A DNA stretch of 63,692 nt, filler included, from Acidimicrobiia bacterium (lineage in GTDB: Bacteria > Actinomycetota > Acidimicrobiia > Spongiisociales > JAENVV01): the NCBI GenBank assembly GCA_041577335.1. It is 4 parts of 4 records of this genome, joined end to end, with 100 filler letters (N's around TTAATTAATTAA, not from the genome) between each part and the next. Parts side by side here need not be neighbours in the genome. Positions count along the whole stretch, not along the records: positions 41,418 to 61,399 come from JBFGJH010000065.1; positions 61,500 to 63,692 come from JBFGJH010000120.1; 2 more parts are not named here. One strand, 5' to 3'. The notes under the pieces are model-generated. The model was not told where the DNA came from, ran no database searches, and saw nothing but the letters and a program-made list of their open reading frames with translations. Below, piece after piece: positions 59,773 through 63,692 of the stretch. The translations under genes and the position numbers were made by a program. Position 1 is the stretch's first letter. Each line of letters starts with the position of its first letter.

Positions 59773-61399
59773 TCAGTCTTGGAGCTGGATGACGAAGACG
59801 TCGCGCACGCTGTTACCGTCGCCGGGGACGAGATCGGACGATCCGGAGGCGAACGTGGCCCACAGTCCCTCGTGATCGATGTTGAACCCGGTGATGCCCT
59901 GCTCTCTTGAGCCGACTCGCACCAGGTTCCCGTCGCACAGCGCTCCACCCCACTCGCCCTCGACGTACATGAAGCCGAGGCAGGCGCCATCCGCGCTGAC
60001 CGACGTCGCTAGCGGCGCCGACTCCGGCTCGGGATCCTCTAAGAGCATTCGGACCGTACCCTCGGTGCGGTCATACACGAACAGATCGGTGGACTCGTTC
60101 AGATCATCCGGCACTAGTGAATCGCTCCACGAGTCAAAGAAGAGTCGGTTCCCGTCGGCGCTCAAGATCAGGCTGTTCCCATTGGCGCGCAGCTCACTTA
60201 TCTCAGCCACCTTGCCAGACGCCGTCTCGAACACGCGGGGGCCGCCGTCTCCTCCTTTGGCGACCACGGTTGACCCGTCGGCGGAAACTGCGGGTGGCAT
60301 CACATGACCTCCATCGAATTCTGCAACCAGATTGGTTCCCTCCGGGCCGACTTCGAATACCCAGATGGAGTACGGGCCGACCTGGTCATCGAAAGTCGGA
60401 GTGCGATGCCCGGCGTACGTGGCATACGCGATAAGCGACCCGTCGGCGCTGATTCGGGGGTCGATGCTGTTGAGGGAGTGTTGACTGCCGTCCGGGGTGC
60501 GACTGACACGAGTGATCGAGAAGTCGGCACGGTTCCAGAGGAAGATGTCGGAGGCTTCGTTCGTATCGTCTCCGCCGTACACGATGTTGGGCGCGTCGGA
60601 TACGAACACGACGAATTCGCCATCGGCCGAGATGCGTGCATCGCGACTCGATCCGAAAGTCTCCTCGACGAATCGGTCCTGTGGCGTCCGGATTTCGCTG
60701 ATCCGGATGGTCTCGCCGGTCTCGCGGTCGTGGCGGAACACGTCGCGCCACCGTCCGCTGTCGTCCTCTACGAGGTTGTCTCCGAGTGAATCGAACACGA
60801 CGTAGCGTCCGTCCGCAGAGATGACTGGGTTGACGCTGTGGCCGTTGCTTTCGGAACCGTCGCTGGCGACGCTGATGCGACTGATCGTGCCCTTACCGGA
60901 GCCCACCGGGGCCGGCTGGCCGCTGCCTTCTTCTGCGGTGGCTTCGGCGCCGGTGCCGCCGAACGGTTCCTCGGTGAGGATGTCGGCAGGCGTGTTGTCC
61001 CCACTCAGGATCAGACCGATTCCGATGCCTGCGGCGACAAGGGCGACTGCGCCGATGACCGCCAGCACCTTGCGTGGTATCCGAAATCGCAGCCGTTTGT
61101 GCTTCTGAGGGATTGGGGCTGGGGCTGAGATGCCGCGTTCTGCCAGCATTGAGCCGACCATGGTTTGCAGGGCGCCGGCATGGTCGGCGATCGCTCCGGG
61201 GAACAGGTCGATCCACTGCGACAGTCGCAGCAAGTAGTTGAGGGTTCCGGTGGGGACCACGTCCTCGATCCGGACCGGGAGCAGCGGCTTGGCGCGTTCA
61301 ACGGCGAGGTCGACCTCGCGAGAGACGTGATGCGAGCTGCCGGAGTTGGCTGACACTACGACCAGCATCACGTCGCAGGACGCTATGGCTTGTTCTACC
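59773..61399 (-). CDS. TIR domain - TM - TolB/PD40-like beta-propeller protein, 5' truncated
   Basis: Open to the contig edge: VEQAIASCDVMLVVVSANS..HVSREVDLA..PLLPVRIE..LSQWIDL. TM VLAVIGAVALVAAGIGIGLIL. Repeated ISADGRYVVF / DVF motifs. Confidence 0.85.
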
Positions 61400-61499
61400 N
61401 NNNNNNNNNNNNNNNNNNNNNNNNNNNNNNNNNNNNNNNNNNNTTAATTAATTAANNNNNNNNNNNNNNNNNNNNNNNNNNNNNNNNNNNNNNNNNNNN
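61400..61499. other. artificial contig linker
   Basis: N run + TTAATTAATTAA + N run. Confidence 0.98.
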
Positions 61500-61581
61500 A
61501 CGTCGTCTTCCCATGATCAATATGACCCATAGTCCCAACATTCACATGCGGCTTCGTACGCTCAAACCTTGCCTTTGCCAT
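61500..61581 (-). CDS. tuf: elongation factor Tu, N-terminal fragment at contig end
   Basis: [27 protein letters not shown] with AAAGGA RBS. Confidence 0.95.
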
Positions 61582-61642
61582 CTGGGTGTTGTTCCTTTCC
61601 TATTTCATTTCCGCCGACGCAGGCTACGCGTCGGTACCTATG

Positions 61643-61716
61643 TAGCGGCGGGCAGACTCGAACTGCCGACCTCTCGATTATGAGTCGAGCGCTCTCACCA
61701 ACTGAGCTACGCCGCC
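61643..61716 (-). tRNA. tRNA-Met(CAT), probably elongator
   Basis: GGCGGCG/CGCCGCT acceptor, anticodon arm CTCGA-CTCATAA-TCGAG, no initiator triple G-C stem. Confidence 0.92.
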
Positions 61717-61794
61717 TCAGTTACGCAACCGTGTGACCGGTCGCGTGCACCGGGTCAGGACCCAGTACAGCATGTGGACGAGCCGCATGCTCCG

Positions 61795-61867
61795 AGCCCC
61801 GTTCCGGATTCGAACCGAAGACCTCTTCCTTACCATGGAAGCGCTCTACCGACTGAGCTAACGGGGC
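61795..61867 (-). tRNA. tRNA-Thr(GGT)
   Basis: GCCCCGT/ACGGGGC acceptor, anticodon arm CTTCC-ATGGTAA-GGAAG. Confidence 0.95.
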
Positions 61868-61987
61868 GTGAACGTGGTTCACGTCGGAGAGCCGCCTCCT
61901 CGCTGCTTCGCAGCAGTTCAGCGGATCTCCCGCGCTCTGTAGATTGTCACACGGAGCCAAGCTCCCGTGCGGAGCCTTGGGCGCCGG

Positions 61988-62070
61988 TGCCGGGAGAAGG
62001 ATTCGAACCTCCGTAGGCGTAAGCCGGCAGATTTACAGTCTGCTTCCTTTGGCCGCTCGGACATCCCGGC
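61988..62070 (-). tRNA. tRNA-Tyr(GTA)
   Basis: GCCGGGA/TCCCGGC acceptor, GCAGA-CTGTAAA-TCTGC, long variable arm. Confidence 0.95.
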
Positions 62071-62155
62071 GCACACCTAAACGGCGCGTGTCAAACACGC
62101 ACCGTTTGAGGAAGCCAAATCTTAATCAGGGCGCTCGACAGTGCCCAATGGGCTT

Positions 62156-62998
62156 TCAGCTGATCCCCATAGCCATATTGGTTAGCCGCTCGATGCGCTC
62201 CTCTGCGGGCGGGTGGGTGCTGAACCACCGGCTGATGCCTCGGCCCTTGAGAGCTTTGAGAGGGTTGTCGATGAACAGCTGGCTGGTCGACTCGTTGACC
62301 CTCATCGGGATCCTGGCGGTGCCCCGTGAGATCTTGTCCAGTGCGCTGGCGAGCTTCAGCGGCTGCCCGGTGATCTCGGCTCCCGATCTGTCTGCCTGGA
62401 ACTCACGGGTCCTCGAGATGGCGAACCTGATCAACATCGCGGCGAGGGGGGCCACTACCAGCGAGATGAGAACCCCGATGATGCCAAGGGGGTTGTTTCG
62501 GCTGTCACCGCGACCGAACCAAAAGGCCATACGGGCGAGGATGGCGATGGCGGCACCGATCATGGCGGCGATCGAGCTGATCAGGATGTCCCGGTTGCGG
62601 ACGTGGGCCAGCTCATGGCCGATGACCCCCTCGAGCTCCTCGTGGTCGAGGATCTCCATGATCCCGGTGGTCACTGCAACTGCCGCCTTCCTCGGGCTCC
62701 GTCCCGTGGCGAATGCGTTCGGTTGTGGCGAATCGATCACATGGATCGACGGCATCGGCATGTCCATCTGGGTCGTGAGGCGTCGAACGGTGCCATACAG
62801 ACGCGGCATTTCGGCTTCTGTCACAGGTCTCGCCCGGGTGGACGCCAAAGCCAGCTTGTCGGAGAAGAAGTAGGCAAAGAAGTTGAAGGCAACGGCCAGC
62901 CCGATCGCCCACACGAGGTTGCCGCCAAGCGCGTAAACGACCGTGAACAGCAGAACTGCCATGAAGGCGAGCAGACCGGCTGTCTTGAGAGTGTTCAT
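62156..62998 (-). CDS. htpX: zinc metalloprotease HtpX
   Basis: PNAFATG, GHELAH, SRTREFQAD, FSTHP. Confidence 0.93.
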   Translation of the reverse strand: MNTLKTAGLLAFMAVLLFTVVYALGGNLVWAIGLAVAFNFFAYFFSDKLALASTRARPVTEAEMPRLYGTVRRLTTQMDMPMPSIHVIDSPQPNAFATGRSPRKAAVAVTTGIMEILDHEELEGVIGHELAHVRNRDILISSIAAMIGAAIAILARMAFWFGRGDSRNNPLGIIGVLISLVVAPLAAMLIRFAISRTREFQADRSGAEITGQPLKLASALDKISRGTARIPMRVNESTSQLFIDNPLKALKGRGISRWFSTHPPAEERIERLTNMAMGIS

Positions 62999-63151
62999 GG
63001 ACCGGATTTTACCCGGGGTGGGCGCAAACTACTCCGTGCTCAATCCTCGTCACGTTCGGGAGTGCAGTTTCACTCGACGTGGCGTAGCATCGATCTACTA
63101 AGGTCGCATCGGCCCTGCTGGGCCTTCGCAATCCCACAAGGAGGGGAAAGT

Positions 63152-63692
63152 ATGAATAAAAGACGGCACCGTCTCTGGGCGCTGGTAATGGCACTGGCGC
63201 TCGCTATGGCGGTTATGCCGGCGGCCGGTGCGGACGATCACGATCCACCCGATCTGACCGATCCGGATACCGGAGCAGCCCATTTCACCGATGACCACCA
63301 CGTCGCCGCCATGAACAGCAATGGCGCACGAGGGGATCGCAGCCGGAATCTCACGGAGATCGGCAACCTGGCGTTCGCCGATGGAGCCAACACCGATGTG
63401 TGGGCACACGGCAACTACGCCTACGTCGGCACGTTCAGCACTCCAGGTTGCCCGGAGACCGGGGTGAAGATCGTCGATATCTCCGACCCGGCCAACCCGT
63501 CACTCGTGGGGAATCTGGCTTCCCCGCCGTTGACGAGAGCCAACGATGTCAAGGTCGCCAAGGTGAACACCAAGTACTTCAATGGCGATCTGCTGGTCCA
63601 CACCAATGAGCCATGCGTCGGGGGTGGTGACGGCGGCGTCGTCCTCTGGGACGTCACCGACCCGACCAGCCCGGAGCTGCTGGGTGCGGCCT
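63152..63692 (+). CDS. secreted LVIVD-repeat protein, 3' truncated by window end
   Basis: AAGGAGG RBS, MNKRRHRLWALVMALALA signal peptide, DVWAHGNYAYVG, VKIVDISDPANP, LWDVTDPTSP. Not in the ORF track. Confidence 0.85.
   Translation, partial: MNKRRHRLWALVMALALAMAVMPAAGADDHDPPDLTDPDTGAAHFTDDHHVAAMNSNGARGDRSRNLTEIGNLAFADGANTDVWAHGNYAYVGTFSTPGCPETGVKIVDISDPANPSLVGNLASPPLTRANDVKVAKVNTKYFNGDLLVHTNEPCVGGGDGGVVLWDVTDPTSPELLGAA

Overview
High-GC actinobacterial DNA, most likely Acidimicrobiia (inferred from gene content, LexA and CelR-type operators and tRNA layout). The window is four contigs joined by artificial 100-bp N/TTAATTAATTAA linkers (20843-20942, 41318-41417, 61400-61499), so adjacency across linkers is not real. 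Contig 1 is core genome: purCSQL-acyltransferase-purFM, glcDEF-like oxidase, argS, an unusual ECF sigma triad, a fused 2-oxoacid dehydrogenase E1, and tRNA-Asp/Phe with a duplicated tRNA-Phe 3' end. Contig 2 is carbohydrate use: a sugar/polyol ABC-SDR-ThuA cluster, a Na/Pi transporter with PhoU, carbonic anhydrase, and a LacI-ABC-GH16 beta-glucan locus with CelR/CebR-type TGGGAGCGCTCCCA operators. Contig 3 is a variable island. Its cargo (putative nuclease, ggt, SOS-boxed DUF222-HNH, ECF pair, giant NHL surface protein, C-type lectin, TrkA-N/RyR channel-like protein, TIR-beta-propeller protein) is interleaved with four same-orientation remnants of a TM0106-family RecB/RNase H nuclease gene. 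Contig 4 has tuf, tRNA-Met/Thr/Tyr, htpX and an LVIVD protein. Best candidates for new biology: the TM0106-remnant cargo-accretion locus and the convergent TIR + RyR-domain channel pair. All family calls come from motif recognition by eye, not database searches.
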